Notes: a model not told the origin generated them from the letters alone. A stretch of 64,000 nucleotides of DNA from an uncultured Gemmatimonadaceae bacterium (GCA_963740355.1 CAVUDW010000002.1:32001-96000), one strand, 5' to 3'. Numbered from the stretch's first letter, positions 20,347 to 30,352 are shown. Translations and numbers: made by a program.

Positions 20347-20967
20347 TCAGCCGGCGGCGCGCCGCGAGAGTTCTTCGCGCACATCGCTCAGTCGAATGCC
20401 GAGTGCGTGCAGGGCGACCATGGTGTGATAGAGAAGGTCGGCCGCTTCGCTGGTTGCGCGCTCGGGGTCCTGATCGGCGCAGGCGAGCACCAGTTCCGCC
20501 GCTTCCTCGCCGATCTTCTTCAATCGCAGGTTGCGGTCGTCGAGGAGCTTGCGTGTGTAGCTCGGCTTGACGCTGGCCGTGACCTCCATCGCAGCGCGCG
20601 ATTCGATGGTGGTATCGAGCACGGCGAAGGCGTCGGCGGGGGGCGGCGTGACGCCTGGGGTCGTGAAACAGGTGATCGCGCCGGTGTGACAGGCTGGCCC
20701 GGCCGGAATCACCCGTGCGAGGATCGCGTCGCCATCACAGTCGGCGGTCAGTGACGCGACCTTCTGCGTGTTGCCACTGGTGCCGCCCTTGTGCCAGAGG
20801 CCGCGCGACCGGGAGTGATAGTGCATCTCGCCGGTGCGAATCGTCGCCTCGAGGGCTTCGCGGTCAGCGAAGGCCACCATCAGCACATCACCGGTGGTGG
20901 CGTCCTGTGCAACGACGGAGACGAGGCCGCCGCCCTTGGTGAAGTCGAGCAGGTCGAGATCAAGCAT
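20347..20967 (-). CDS. hisIE: Bifunctional phosphoribosyl-AMP cyclohydrolase / phosphoribosyl-ATP pyrophosphatase
   Basis: [46 protein letters not shown]. Confidence 0.95.
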   Translation of the reverse strand: MLDLDLLDFTKGGGLVSVVAQDATTGDVLMVAFADREALEATIRTGEMHYHSRSRGLWHKGGTSGNTQKVASLTADCDGDAILARVIPAGPACHTGAITCFTTPGVTPPPADAFAVLDTTIESRAAMEVTASVKPSYTRKLLDDRNLRLKKIGEEAAELVLACADQDPERATSEAADLLYHTMVALHALGIRLSDVREELSRRAAG

Positions 20968-21745
20968 CGAGACCAGGGTCCCCACCCGGGCAGAGGATAT
21001 CGCGCACGACGGTGTCGAGTGCGGCGTTGGTGGCGATGCTGTCACCGCCGAAAGCAGTTGGGCGGCCACGGAAGTCGGTGAAACGTCCGCCGGCTTCCTC
21101 GATCACCACCTGCACCGCAGCGGCGTCCCATGGGTTCATGAGATCATCGACCATGATGTCGGCGCGGCCGGTCGCGAGGAGCAGGTACCCATAGCAGTCA
21201 CCCCAGGTGCGGACGATGCGTGACGCATCCGCGAGCGCATTCCAGCGCGACCGACGCGTTGGCCGGCCCGGGAACCGATCATCGGTGGTGAGCAGCGTTG
21301 CCTTGTCGAGCGTGGAGGTCGACGAGACGTGCGTGCGCGTGCCGTTGAACCAGGCGCCCTGCCCTGGCGCGGCCGCTACCAGCTCCTGCGTGGGCGGCGC
21401 GTAGACGGCGCCAGCCAGCACCGTCTCCCCTTCCACTACGGCCACCAGCGTGCCCCAGAGCGGCACGCCGTGGATGAAGCTCTTGGTGCCGTCGATTGGG
21501 TCGAGCACCCAGCGTCGTTTCGCATCGGGCTTCTCCAGCCCGAACTCTTCGCCAAGGATGCCATCGTCGGGGAAGCGGGCGCGAATCCAGTCGCGCGCCA
21601 CGGTCTCGGCGGCGCGATCAGCGGCCGTGACCGGGGAGCCGTCACCCTTGTACTCGACCGCGATGCCATTGCGGAAGAAACGATTCGCTTCGTTGCCCGC
21701 GAGCGTCGCCAGTTCCGTCACGGCATGCAACAGCGTGGCGGTCAT
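20960..21745 (-). CDS. hisN: Histidinol-phosphatase, inositol-monophosphatase family
   Basis: [38 protein letters not shown]. Lies within the his operon. Confidence 0.92.
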   Translation of the reverse strand: MTATLLHAVTELATLAGNEANRFFRNGIAVEYKGDGSPVTAADRAAETVARDWIRARFPDDGILGEEFGLEKPDAKRRWVLDPIDGTKSFIHGVPLWGTLVAVVEGETVLAGAVYAPPTQELVAAAPGQGAWFNGTRTHVSSTSTLDKATLLTTDDRFPGRPTRRSRWNALADASRIVRTWGDCYGYLLLATGRADIMVDDLMNPWDAAAVQVVIEEAGGRFTDFRGRPTAFGGDSIATNAALDTVVRDILCPGGDPGLDA

Positions 21746-22497
21746 CGAACTACCAGTCCAGAGGCGCGCATCGCGTCCTTCAATTCGGTTACGGTGGTCA
21801 GGTTGTCGTGCAGGATGCCAGCGACCAGCGCAGCGTCGGCGTGTCCCTCGGCGAGCACATCGACGATGTGTGCGGCGCTCCCGGCGCCACCGCTGGCAAT
21901 CACCGGTGCGGCGACTTTCGACGACACGGCGCGCATCAACGGCAGGTCATAGCCGGTGCGCCCGCCGTCGCGATCGATGCTGGTGAGCAGCACTTCGCCA
22001 GCGCCACGTTCCACGCACTCCTCCGCCCATGCCACCGCTTCGAGCTCGGTGCGGGTGCGACCGCCGTGGGTCCAGACGCGCCACGATCCATCCTCGTCCT
22101 TCTTCGCATCGATGCTGGCCACCACGCACTGCGCACCGAAGCGGTCGGCGCAGGCGGTGAGCACCGTGGGATCGGCGACCATCGCGGAGTTGAGGGAGAC
22201 CTTGTCCGCCCCCGCGCGCAGTGCGCGGCCCACGTCGTCGGCGGTGCGAATGCCGCCGCCGATGGTGAGCGGTATGAAGAGCCGTTCCGCGGTACGCTGC
22301 GCTACGTCGAGCAGATTGGCGCGGTCCTCGGCGCTGGCCGAGATGTCGAGAAAGGTGATCTCGTCGGCACCTTCGGCCTCGTACCGGGTGGCGAGGGCCA
22401 CCGGATCGCCCACATCACGCAGCCCCACGAAGTTCACTCCTTTCACCACCCTGCCTCCTTTCACATCGAGGCAGACGATCAATCGACGGGTCAGCAC
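21742..22497 (-). CDS. hisF: Imidazole glycerol phosphate synthase cyclase subunit
   Basis: RLIVCLDVKGGRVVKG, GADEITFLDI, TSIDRDG, IASGGAG. GTG 22497. Confidence 0.96.
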   Translation of the reverse strand: MLTRRLIVCLDVKGGRVVKGVNFVGLRDVGDPVALATRYEAEGADEITFLDISASAEDRANLLDVAQRTAERLFIPLTIGGGIRTADDVGRALRAGADKVSLNSAMVADPTVLTACADRFGAQCVVASIDAKKDEDGSWRVWTHGGRTRTELEAVAWAEECVERGAGEVLLTSIDRDGGRTGYDLPLMRAVSSKVAAPVIASGGAGSAAHIVDVLAEGHADAALVAGILHDNLTTVTELKDAMRASGLVVR

Positions 22498-22504
22498 GCG
22501 CGCT

Positions 22505-23044
22505 TCACTCCGACACCTGCAAGGCGACGCTGCCCTTGGTGCTGAAGACGGCGCCGGATTCGATGAATGCGTCGCGGACGGCCAGTCCCAGCGCCTTGAA
22601 CGCTGCTTCGATGATGTGGTGCTCGTCGGTGCCTCTAATGACGCGCAGGTGCAGCGTGGCCTTCGCATTGTCGGCGAAGGACCGCATCCAGTGCTCCCAG
22701 ATCGCGACCGGCAGCTTGCCGCGGTAATACGGGCGACCGCCGAGGTCGATCGCACACTGTACCAGGGCATCGTCCATCGGGATTGTGCGATCGGCGTAGC
22801 GTGCGGCAGTGGGTGGCAGCGCGGCGGCGATTGCAGCACCGACGCAGATCGCCACATCCTCGATCAGGTGATGCGGCAGGTCACCGCGTGCGTGCACCTC
22901 GAGATCCAGTCCGCTGTACCTGGCGAAGGTGACCAGCATGTGGTCGAGGAACGGTCGTGTGGTATCGACCGTCGCGACACCGGTGCCACGCGTGACGACG
23001 ACGCGGATCTGCGTCTCCTTCGTTTCACGAACGACGGTGCTCAT
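22505..23044 (-). CDS. hisB: Imidazoleglycerol-phosphate dehydratase
   Basis: RETKET, FLDHML, HHLIED, PMDDAL, HHIIEAAFKA. Confidence 0.95.
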   Translation of the reverse strand: MSTVVRETKETQIRVVVTRGTGVATVDTTRPFLDHMLVTFARYSGLDLEVHARGDLPHHLIEDVAICVGAAIAAALPPTAARYADRTIPMDDALVQCAIDLGGRPYYRGKLPVAIWEHWMRSFADNAKATLHLRVIRGTDEHHIIEAAFKALGLAVRDAFIESGAVFSTKGSVALQVSE

Positions 23045-23754
23045 CCGCGGAACTCCTCAGCGATGGCACGCCCGTCGAGCGCACCGGTGTAGAGGGCCAT
23101 ACCGAGGACGGCCGCGGCGATGCCGCGATCATCGAGAAGGCGGAGATCGGCGTCGGTGGTGATGCCGCCGCTGGCGATGACGGGAAGTGACGTCGATTCT
23201 GCGACCTCTTCCATCAACGCGAGGTCGGCACCCTGCATCAGGCCTTCCTTGTGCACGGCGGTGACGAGCACGCCGGCCAGCGGAAGTTGCGACAGGCGTT
23301 CCATCGCCTCCTCGATGTCGAGGTGCATGGTGCGGGTCCATCCGCGCGTGACGATCTTTCGTTCACGCACGTCGGCGGCGACGATCAGTTGTTCCGGGAA
23401 GTCGTCTGCCATCTCGGCCAGCCACTCCTCGTCTTCGAGGGCCCGGGTGCCCACCACGACGTAAGTCGTGCCGGCGTCGATCAGCCACTGGATCGCATCG
23501 CGATCACGTACGCCGCCGCCGACCTGCACGGTGAGGTCGGTGCGATCGAGCAGCTTCTCGATCACCTTGCGATTGTTGCCGCGGCTGGTGGCGGCGTCGA
23601 GATCCACGATGTGGAGCGCCTGAAATCCTTGTGCTTCCCAATCCAGCGCGACGGCTACGGGATCAGGGAGGCGCACACGTTCGGCGGCGTATTCACCGCC
23701 TACCAATTGCACGCAGGCGCCATCGCGCAGGTCGATGGCCGGTATCACGATCAT
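23041..23754 (-). CDS. hisA: ProFAR isomerase
   Basis: MIVIPAIDLRDGACVQL, HIVDLDAA, QVGGGVR, IASGGI. Confidence 0.95.
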   Translation of the reverse strand: MIVIPAIDLRDGACVQLVGGEYAAERVRLPDPVAVALDWEAQGFQALHIVDLDAATSRGNNRKVIEKLLDRTDLTVQVGGGVRDRDAIQWLIDAGTTYVVVGTRALEDEEWLAEMADDFPEQLIVAADVRERKIVTRGWTRTMHLDIEEAMERLSQLPLAGVLVTAVHKEGLMQGADLALMEEVAESTSLPVIASGGITTDADLRLLDDRGIAAAVLGMALYTGALDGRAIAEEFRG

Positions 23755-24356
23755 GCTTGCACCTCGCGCAGCCAGGCGTGCACGAAACTCACGCCTGCCA
23801 CGCTGCTCTTTTCCGGGTGGAACTGCACGCCAGTGCATCGGCCGACGCGAACCATGGCGGGAAAACGGTCCTGCTCGTGCGTGCTCCATGCCACCACGAC
23901 CGATGGATCAGTCGGGCGGCAGACGAAACTGTTGGCGAAGTATGCGGTGCGAAGCTCAGAAGCGTCGAGCAGCGAATCGCGTTCCGGCCCGATCTCGAGC
24001 TGGTTCCAGCCGATCTGCGGAATCCGTGTCGCGTGCAGCCGGTTCACTTCGCCGGCGATGATGCCAAGCCCGGCACTGCCCCCTTCTGTGCTGGTATCGA
24101 ACAGTACCTGCATGCCGAGGCAGATCCCGAGGGTTGGGAGGCCGCGGCGAATGGCGTGCTGCATGACGCGTCGTCCTTCGTCGCCCAGGGCACTGGTGGC
24201 GGCCGGGAAGGCGCCGACGCCGGGCAGCACGAGGGCATCAGCAGTGATGGCGACTACCGGGTCGGTGTCTACCTGCACCACGACACCCGGACGCTCGAGC
24301 GTCTTGATCAGCGAGTGCAGGTTGCCGGCGCCGTAGTCGAAAATGCTGAGCTTCAC
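23751..24356 (-). CDS. hisH: Imidazole glycerol phosphate synthase glutaminase subunit
   Basis: DYGAGNLHS, LPGVGAF, GICLGMQ, QFHPEKS. GTG 24356 overlaps the hisC stop. Confidence 0.95.
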   Translation of the reverse strand: MKLSIFDYGAGNLHSLIKTLERPGVVVQVDTDPVVAITADALVLPGVGAFPAATSALGDEGRRVMQHAIRRGLPTLGICLGMQVLFDTSTEGGSAGLGIIAGEVNRLHATRIPQIGWNQLEIGPERDSLLDASELRTAYFANSFVCRPTDPSVVVAWSTHEQDRFPAMVRVGRCTGVQFHPEKSSVAGVSFVHAWLREVQA

Positions 24357-25429
24357 TTCTTGCCCGCCTTCTTGATCGCGCCAGCGAGTGTCTTGACGCA
24401 CTGCTCGACCATTGGCCAGGGCCCGACCGAGATCCGAAGACAGTCGCCGACTCGCGGCAGGTTGGGGAACGGCCGCACACCGACACCCTTCTCTCGCATC
24501 GCCATGCCCACGGCGACGCAGTTCTTGACCGGCACACACACGAAGTTCGCACTCGACGGGATCGGGTCGAGGTCGAGCTTGAGCAACTCGATCGTGAGGC
24601 GATCGCGATTTTCGATCGCCAGCTGGATGTGCTCCAGCACCCACTGCACATCCTGGCGGAGCGCGGTCACGGCCACACGCTCGGCGAGGCCGCTGACCTT
24701 GTATGGTCCACGCGATTTTTCGACTTCCGCCACCAGTGAGGGATGTCCGATTGCGTAGCCGATGCGCAGGCCGGCGAGGCCAAAGGCCTTCGACATCGTG
24801 CGAATCAGCAGCACGCGATTCGAACGCGCGAGCAGGTCGATGTTCGACACGCCGGCGAACTCCACGTACGCCTCGTCGATCATCAGCAGGCCGGGGGCCT
24901 GGTCGATCAACTTCTCGAGCGTCTTGCGCGCGACGAGCGCGCCGGTGGGGTTGTTGGGCGAGCAGATGTAGATGATCCGCGCGCCGGTGGCGATCAGCGC
25001 GTCGGCATCCACCTCGTGGTCGGGGAGTTCCGTGACCAGCACCGAGCGCAGCACGTTCATCTTCGCGAAGATCGGAACCATCGCAAACGTCGGATCGGTG
25101 GCTGCCACCAGATCGCCCTCGTTGCCGAACGCGCGCATGGCGGAATCGAGGATGTCGTCCGAGCCGCAGCCCGTGACGATCATGTCCGGCGTCACTCCAG
25201 CATGTTCCGCCAGTGCCACCTTCAACTCCGTGCCGTACAGCGTCGGATACCGCGTGATGCTGGCTGCGGCGAAATCGCGAATCGCCTGTGCCGCATGGGG
25301 TGGCACGCCCCAGAGATTCGTGTTGTCGGTGAGGTCCAGCTTCACCGGCGTGCGCTTCGGGTCGTAGAGCGGCACATCGTCGTACGCCGCGCGCGCGATC
25401 GCGAGGCGGTCGGTGGTCGGCGTGGTCAT
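24353..25429 (-). CDS. hisC: Histidinol-phosphate aminotransferase
   Basis: CSPNNPTG, IDEAYVEF, RTMSKAFGLAGLRIGY. Confidence 0.95.
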   Translation of the reverse strand: MTTPTTDRLAIARAAYDDVPLYDPKRTPVKLDLTDNTNLWGVPPHAAQAIRDFAAASITRYPTLYGTELKVALAEHAGVTPDMIVTGCGSDDILDSAMRAFGNEGDLVAATDPTFAMVPIFAKMNVLRSVLVTELPDHEVDADALIATGARIIYICSPNNPTGALVARKTLEKLIDQAPGLLMIDEAYVEFAGVSNIDLLARSNRVLLIRTMSKAFGLAGLRIGYAIGHPSLVAEVEKSRGPYKVSGLAERVAVTALRQDVQWVLEHIQLAIENRDRLTIELLKLDLDPIPSSANFVCVPVKNCVAVGMAMREKGVGVRPFPNLPRVGDCLRISVGPWPMVEQCVKTLAGAIKKAGKK

Positions 25430-26736
25430 GCGTCAGGGCTCCACTGCCGCGCAGTGGCGGCGTGATTGGGCAGTCCTTCGCTGTCGGCGAAACGTCCGAC
25501 ATCGAGCGAGAGTGCAGCGGCGGCCGCAGGGGTCACGCGCTGCCACGAGGTCCAGCGAATGAAGTCGAGCGTGGAGAGGCCGGAGTAGCAGCGTGACAGG
25601 CCGCCCGTGGGTAGCACGTGATTCGCGCCCGTCATGTAGTCGCCGAAGGCCACACTGGCCGTCTCGCCGATGAAGACGGTGCCAGCACCACGGAGCGACG
25701 CGAACGCGGAATCGAGTGAACTCGGCGCCAAGGCGAGCAGGAGATGTTCTGCCGCCCACTCATTGGCGAATGCCACGGCCTCGTCCAGCGTCTCGCAGTG
25801 CACCACTCCGCCAGCGAACGCGAACGAATCGGTGATGATCGTGCGACGGTCCACTGCGGGCAGCATCCGCGCGACTGCGGCGCTGATCGCTGCTGCCACC
25901 TCGGCGCCGATGGCGACGCAGACGACCGCAGCGCGTGGATCATGTTCGGCCTGCGCCAGCATTTCACGCGCAACGATGTCAGGATCCGCCGCCCCATCGG
26001 CGATGACGAGCAATTCGCTCGGCCCCGCTGGCGAATCGATGGCCACGGCACCGGCGCACTGCAACTTCGCCTCGGCGACCCAGGCATTCCCGGGGCCCAC
26101 GATCCGATCCACGCGCGGCACTGACTCTGTGCCATGCGCCATCGCGGCAATCGCACCGGCACCTCCAAGTGCGAAGACGCGATCGGCGCCAGCCAGCGCA
26201 GCGGCGGCAAGCACCACATCCGACGGTTGCCCGCTGGCAGTGGCGGGCGAACAGACGATCACATCGCGCACCCCAGCGACCTTGGCCGGCACCACACCCA
26301 TGATGAGCGAGCTGGGATAGGCCGCCCGTCCGCCCGGTGCGTAGACGCCGACCCTCTGCAGTGGGTCGGGACGACGTCCGACCACGACGCCAGGCTCGGT
26401 CTCGGTTTCGACGGCCACGGGCAGGAACGCGCTGTGGGCGGCGCGCACGTTGCGCACTGTGCGTTCGAGCGCTGCGCGGAGCGGTGGCTGCATGGCATCG
26501 AGTGCCCGCGTCCAGTCGGCGCGGGGCACTTCCAGTGTCTCGAGCGTCGCACCATCGAACTGTGCGGCCATCTCACGGAGTGCCGCATCACCATCGCGCT
26601 GCACGCGCTGAATGATGGCCGCGGTGGCGCTGCGCACCGTGTCATCCGCTGACGTCGAGCGGTTGAACATGGTACGGCGATCGGTCGTCGTCAGCGCCGC
26701 AACGGCGCCGGTGAAGCGAAAGATTGGCGCGCTCAT
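25426..26736 (-). CDS. hisD: Histidinol dehydrogenase
   Basis: PGGRAAYPSS, GPGNAWV, AGPSE, QAEHD, AAEHL, GANHVLPT. Confidence 0.96.
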   Translation of the reverse strand: MSAPIFRFTGAVAALTTTDRRTMFNRSTSADDTVRSATAAIIQRVQRDGDAALREMAAQFDGATLETLEVPRADWTRALDAMQPPLRAALERTVRNVRAAHSAFLPVAVETETEPGVVVGRRPDPLQRVGVYAPGGRAAYPSSLIMGVVPAKVAGVRDVIVCSPATASGQPSDVVLAAAALAGADRVFALGGAGAIAAMAHGTESVPRVDRIVGPGNAWVAEAKLQCAGAVAIDSPAGPSELLVIADGAADPDIVAREMLAQAEHDPRAAVVCVAIGAEVAAAISAAVARMLPAVDRRTIITDSFAFAGGVVHCETLDEAVAFANEWAAEHLLLALAPSSLDSAFASLRGAGTVFIGETASVAFGDYMTGANHVLPTGGLSRCYSGLSTLDFIRWTSWQRVTPAAAAALSLDVGRFADSEGLPNHAATARQWSPDA

Positions 26737-27590
26737 GGCATCAGTCGCTCGATGCGCGTGACCAGGATGCCCTGCCCACCCAACTGCTTCAGCAGGCCGA
26801 TGGTGCGGTAGATGGTGGCTGACGGCACGACGGCGTGCACCGCGACCATTTCGCCATGGTCCATGATGTCGATCACGGTGGGGCCGTTGATGCCAGGCAG
26901 GATGGCCTGCACTTCGGCGAGGCGAGCACGCGGCACGTTTGCCATCAGGTAGCGGCGGCTGCGGGCGCGGAGCACCGACGAGAGGGCGTCGACCAGTTCG
27001 TCGAGCTGTGCGCGTCGCACGTCGCCGGCCGCGACGGTGGTGATCATGCGGGCCGACGATTCGAGGACCGTCGCGACTTCGATCAACCCGTTCACCTTGA
27101 GGGTCGATCCCGTCGAGGTGAGGTCGACCACGATATCGGCGATGCCCAGATGTGGCGCGATTTCAGCCGCACCTGAGACCGGTACGATCTCGACCGGGAT
27201 GCCTGCGGCGGCGAAAAAGTTGGCGGTGATTCGCGGAAAGACCGTGGCCACGCGCGGCTTGCCGTGCAGGTCGCTGAGGGCGCGGATCCGGCTCTCTTCG
27301 CGCACCGCGACGACCAGCCGGCAGCGGCCGAATTCGAGATCGAGCAGTTCCTCGACGGTCCGGCCGGACTCGTTGACGAGGTCGACGCCGGTGATGCCGG
27401 CCTGGGCCGCGCCGTCGGCGACAAACTCTGGTATGTCAGCCGCGCGGACGAAAATTGCCTCGAACTCACCGCCGAGCGATGCGGTCAGTGCCCGTTCACC
27501 CTTGCCGCGGACTTCGAGGCCGGCATCGGTGAACAGCTCACGGGCGTCGTCGGAGAGGCGACCCTTGTTGGGGAGGGCTATGCGGAGCAT
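26733..27590 (-). CDS. hisG: ATP phosphoribosyltransferase, long form
   Basis: RIALPNKGRL, DIPEFV, DLTSTGSTL, C-terminal regulatory domain. Confidence 0.96.
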   Translation of the reverse strand: MLRIALPNKGRLSDDARELFTDAGLEVRGKGERALTASLGGEFEAIFVRAADIPEFVADGAAQAGITGVDLVNESGRTVEELLDLEFGRCRLVVAVREESRIRALSDLHGKPRVATVFPRITANFFAAAGIPVEIVPVSGAAEIAPHLGIADIVVDLTSTGSTLKVNGLIEVATVLESSARMITTVAAGDVRRAQLDELVDALSSVLRARSRRYLMANVPRARLAEVQAILPGINGPTVIDIMDHGEMVAVHAVVPSATIYRTIGLLKQLGGQGILVTRIERLMP

Positions 27591-27613
27591 TCAGTGGTGA
27601 CGTGAGTGGGGAC

Positions 27614-27654
27614 AAAAAAGCGGCGGCCCGTCCAGAAACCGGACGGGCCGCCGC
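27614..27654 (-). terminator. his attenuator terminator
   Basis: Minus strand GCGGCGGCCCGTCC-GGTTTCT-GGACGGGCCGCCGC-TTTTTT: perfect 14-bp stem with U6, ending 24 nt upstream of the hisG ATG. Confidence 0.9.
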
Positions 27655-27679
27655 GTTGCACAGTGCCAGCGCGTTAGAG

Positions 27680-27763
27680 CTACGCGAAGCACCACACCCG
27701 GACGACGCCCGTCGGGCGGCGACCATGATGATGGTGGTGATGCTGGGCAGGTGCGCTGTGCAT
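27680..27763 (-). CDS. hisL: his operon leader peptide MHSAPAQHHHHHHGRRPTGVVRVWCFA
   Basis: 27-codon ORF with six consecutive His codons, immediately upstream of the terminator and hisG. Confidence 0.88.
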   Translation of the reverse strand: MHSAPAQHHHHHHGRRPTGVVRVWCFA

Positions 27764-27770
27764 CCGGGGA

Positions 27771-27799
27771 ACTCTAGCGGGCCGGGGAGGAGTGGTCAA
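27771..27799 (-). promoter_or_regulatory. Sigma70-type promoter of the his leader/operon
   Basis: TTGACC-17 nt-TAGAGT, ending 7 nt before the leader ATG. Confidence 0.75.
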
Positions 27800-28043
27800 C
27801 GTTCGCTCCGGGGAATGCGCAATCAATGCAAATCGGGGAACGTGCGATCAACTCCGGTGTGTTCGTGACGTGTCGATGCGCTTCTCCCATATGGGTCTTC
27901 AGGACCCGGGGACTTGCCCTCGGCGCTAGGGGGCCTATGCTTCCCGCAGTTTCGAGGCGGAGTCCGGCACGAAACGGGGTAAGCCGTCGCTTGAATACCA
28001 GTGCATTTCTGTTCGATTATCACCGGCTACGAGGAGTTATTCC

Positions 28044-28544
28044 ATGCAGTTCAAGGTTCTGGCAGTTGCAACGAGCGCATTCGCGCTCGCAGCGTGTGGT
28101 GGTGGTGAGAAGAAGGCTGCTGATACGGCTGCCGCAGCTGCTCCGGCTGCTGCCGCTCCGGCCGCTGCAGCACCGGCCGCCGCTGGTGCAGTTGCCGCGT
28201 CGCCGATCACCGGCACGACGCATGAAGTGAAGATGATCGGTGACGAGAAGGGTTATCGCTTCGAGCCCGCCGCGATCACGATCAAGGCCGGCGACGGCAT
28301 CAAGTTCATCGACGTCAAGGGTGGCCCGCACAACGTCGCGATCGATCCGGCGTCGGCTGGCGCTTCGGCTGCACAGCTCACGGCCAACATGCCGGAAAGC
28401 ACGGGCGAACTGACGGGCAAGATGCTGGTGACGGATGGTGAGTCGTGGACCATGTCGTGGGGTGGCATCGCCGCCGGCACGTACACGGTGATCTGCACGC
28501 CGCACCAGGCCATGAACATGATCATGAAGGTCACTGTTCAGTAA
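28044..28544 (+). CDS. Plastocyanin/azurin-family blue-copper lipoprotein
   Basis: GAGGAG RBS, lipobox LAAC, Ala/Pro linker, PHNV and CTPHQAMNM type-1 Cu ligands. Confidence 0.92.
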   Translation: MQFKVLAVATSAFALAACGGGEKKAADTAAAAAPAAAAPAAAAPAAAGAVAASPITGTTHEVKMIGDEKGYRFEPAAITIKAGDGIKFIDVKGGPHNVAIDPASAGASAAQLTANMPESTGELTGKMLVTDGESWTMSWGGIAAGTYTVICTPHQAMNMIMKVTVQ

Positions 28545-28565
28545 GCCACGTTTCACGTGTTGACG

Positions 28566-28598
28566 AGCGGCACCCGACTTCGGTCGGGTGCCGCTTTT
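28566..28598 (+). terminator. Intrinsic terminator
   Basis: AGCGGCACCCGAC-TTCG-GTCGGGTGCCGCT-TTT. Confidence 0.88.
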
Positions 28599-28644
28599 CA
28601 TTTGCGCCTCAGTTGCCGGCCCGAAGTCCGCTAGAATTACCACG

Positions 28645-30351
28645 GTGACTTCCGCCCCCGACACGTACACGCCATCGCCCCGTGGCCGATGGATGGCAGG
28701 CCGCGCGCGGAACATCGTGCATCGCAGCGGCGTGTTGTTCAGTGTGGGCGCGGTGACCTTTGCGATCGCGTTCGGATTGCTGCTCTGGTTCACGCGCGCA
28801 GAACGCGAAGCACTCCAGCGTGTGCCGGCACCCGCCGACACGATCGATCTCGCGCGCAAGGCCGCCAGCATGCGTCGACAGCAGTTCCGCGCCGACAGCA
28901 TCCTTGCAGAAGTGTTGCCACCGCGTCGCTACACACGCCGTGTGGCCGTGGCCGTCGATACGTCGATGGTCGTTGCGTCCGCAGATTCACAGCGCGTCGA
29001 CACGGCCACCACGGTGACTGAGGGTTCGACGCCGGTGGACCCCGCCGCGCCTGCGGCGATCGAGGGGCCGGTGATCCCTGATTCGATCAAGATCGCCGTC
29101 GCCGCGCTGTCGGCGCGCCTGACGCGTGCGCAGAATGCACCGCTCGCCGCATCATGGCGCTCCCTCGCTGCCGATCCGTTGCTGCAGCAGGACGCGCGCG
29201 TTCGCGCACTCGCCGATTCGCTGGTGGAAGCGGAAAAGTCACGCAACGAATACGACGCCGTCGGTGGCGTGGATCCGATCTATCTCGAGCTGTCCAGTCG
29301 CGTGACCGCCTTCGGCCGCGCCATCGAACGCAGTGCGTTGCAGCGCATCGCCACGCTGCTGACCCCTGAATCGACGACCGGACCGGTGGTGACGCAGCGC
29401 GTCGGGCCCAGCGCCGAGGAAATTGCGCGACGCTTCGTGGCCGACTCGGCGCGGTACGTGACAGCCCGTGCACGACGCGATGCCGCAGCGCGAGTCTCTG
29501 ATTCCGTGTCGGCGTTGCTGGCGGCGCAACGCGATGCCGCGCTGCAGCGGGACTCATCACGCGCACGCGCGCAGCGTCGAGTGGATGCATTGGCACCGCC
29601 ACTGGCGATGCTCACGGCCAGTGCTGCCGCAGCCATCGGGCTGGCGTTGCTGGTCACGATCCTGCTCGAAGTCCGGTCACCACGCCTCGCCGATGATCGC
29701 GAGGTTGCGTCACAGGCGCGTGTGCCAGTGTTGCTCAGTATTCGCGCGACCGATGCCAGCACGCCCGACGCTCTTACCAGCGCCTTCAGCCAACTGGCGT
29801 TCGATCTCGAGGAGTTGCTGGGTGCGACACGAACCTTGATCGTGCTCAGTGACGATAGCGACCTCGCATCGCGGACCGCCGCGCGAATGGCCGAGCGACT
29901 GGGCTACGATGGGCGAAGTGTGCGGATCGTCTCGCCGCGCCAGGGCACGGCGCGCATGACGACACGGGTGCGGCGTCGCGCGACACCGACGGCCACGCAG
30001 GCGGTGCTGGTGCAACCGGAGCGCAATCAGGGCGTCGCCTGGACTGGCGAGTTTTTCCTGGCGGATGTGAGCGACGACACCATCACTGTTCGCGCCGGCA
30101 CCCTCGAAGATGTGCGGCCTGCGCTGGCGGCCGGCGCTGGTGATTCACAGGTGGTGCTGGTGGTGCGCATCGGCAGCACGCCGACCGCGTGGCTCACCAG
30201 GGCACGCGCCGAAATTCACAAGACGCGCGGGTCGTCGGCGCTCGGCGTCGTCATCTGGGCCCCGGACATCGAAGACAGCGACCCGATTCAGTTCGCCCTC
30301 GATACCGCCCTGAAACGCGCGCTCGACTCGGCGCCCGCGGCGTCGCGCTGA
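28645..30351 (+). CDS. Membrane protein with Wzc/polysaccharide co-polymerase-like layout and a degenerate kinase domain
   Basis: TM - long helical region - TM - C-terminal domain resembling BY-kinases without Walker A. GTG 28645 is 7 nt after TAGAAT. Confidence 0.6.
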   Translation: MTSAPDTYTPSPRGRWMAGRARNIVHRSGVLFSVGAVTFAIAFGLLLWFTRAEREALQRVPAPADTIDLARKAASMRRQQFRADSILAEVLPPRRYTRRVAVAVDTSMVVASADSQRVDTATTVTEGSTPVDPAAPAAIEGPVIPDSIKIAVAALSARLTRAQNAPLAASWRSLAADPLLQQDARVRALADSLVEAEKSRNEYDAVGGVDPIYLELSSRVTAFGRAIERSALQRIATLLTPESTTGPVVTQRVGPSAEEIARRFVADSARYVTARARRDAAARVSDSVSALLAAQRDAALQRDSSRARAQRRVDALAPPLAMLTASAAAAIGLALLVTILLEVRSPRLADDREVASQARVPVLLSIRATDASTPDALTSAFSQLAFDLEELLGATRTLIVLSDDSDLASRTAARMAERLGYDGRSVRIVSPRQGTARMTTRVRRRATPTATQAVLVQPERNQGVAWTGEFFLADVSDDTITVRAGTLEDVRPALAAGAGDSQVVLVVRIGSTPTAWLTRARAEIHKTRGSSALGVVIWAPDIEDSDPIQFALDTALKRALDSAPAASR

Positions 30352-30352
30352 G

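Noticed and set aside
23751..25502. Apparent 583-aa hisH, and similar N-terminal extensions of parB, parA, hisF, hisA, argC, the chaperone and the DUF481 ORF
   Set aside because: The extensions are off-frame read-through of upstream genes. True starts lie at stop/start overlaps or RBS/-10 sites.
27725..27742. His6 run as a synthetic His-tag or vector contamination
   Set aside because: It sits in native context with a promoter, antiterminator and terminator directly upstream of hisG.
28120..28200. GCT/GCC-rich repeats in the blue-copper gene, and the Pro/Thr repeats at 33470-33575
   Set aside because: Low-complexity coding linkers, not independent repeat elements.
28549..28564. Possible third parS (CGTTTCACGTGTTGAC)
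   Set aside because: Only the left half matches; the right arm has several mismatches.
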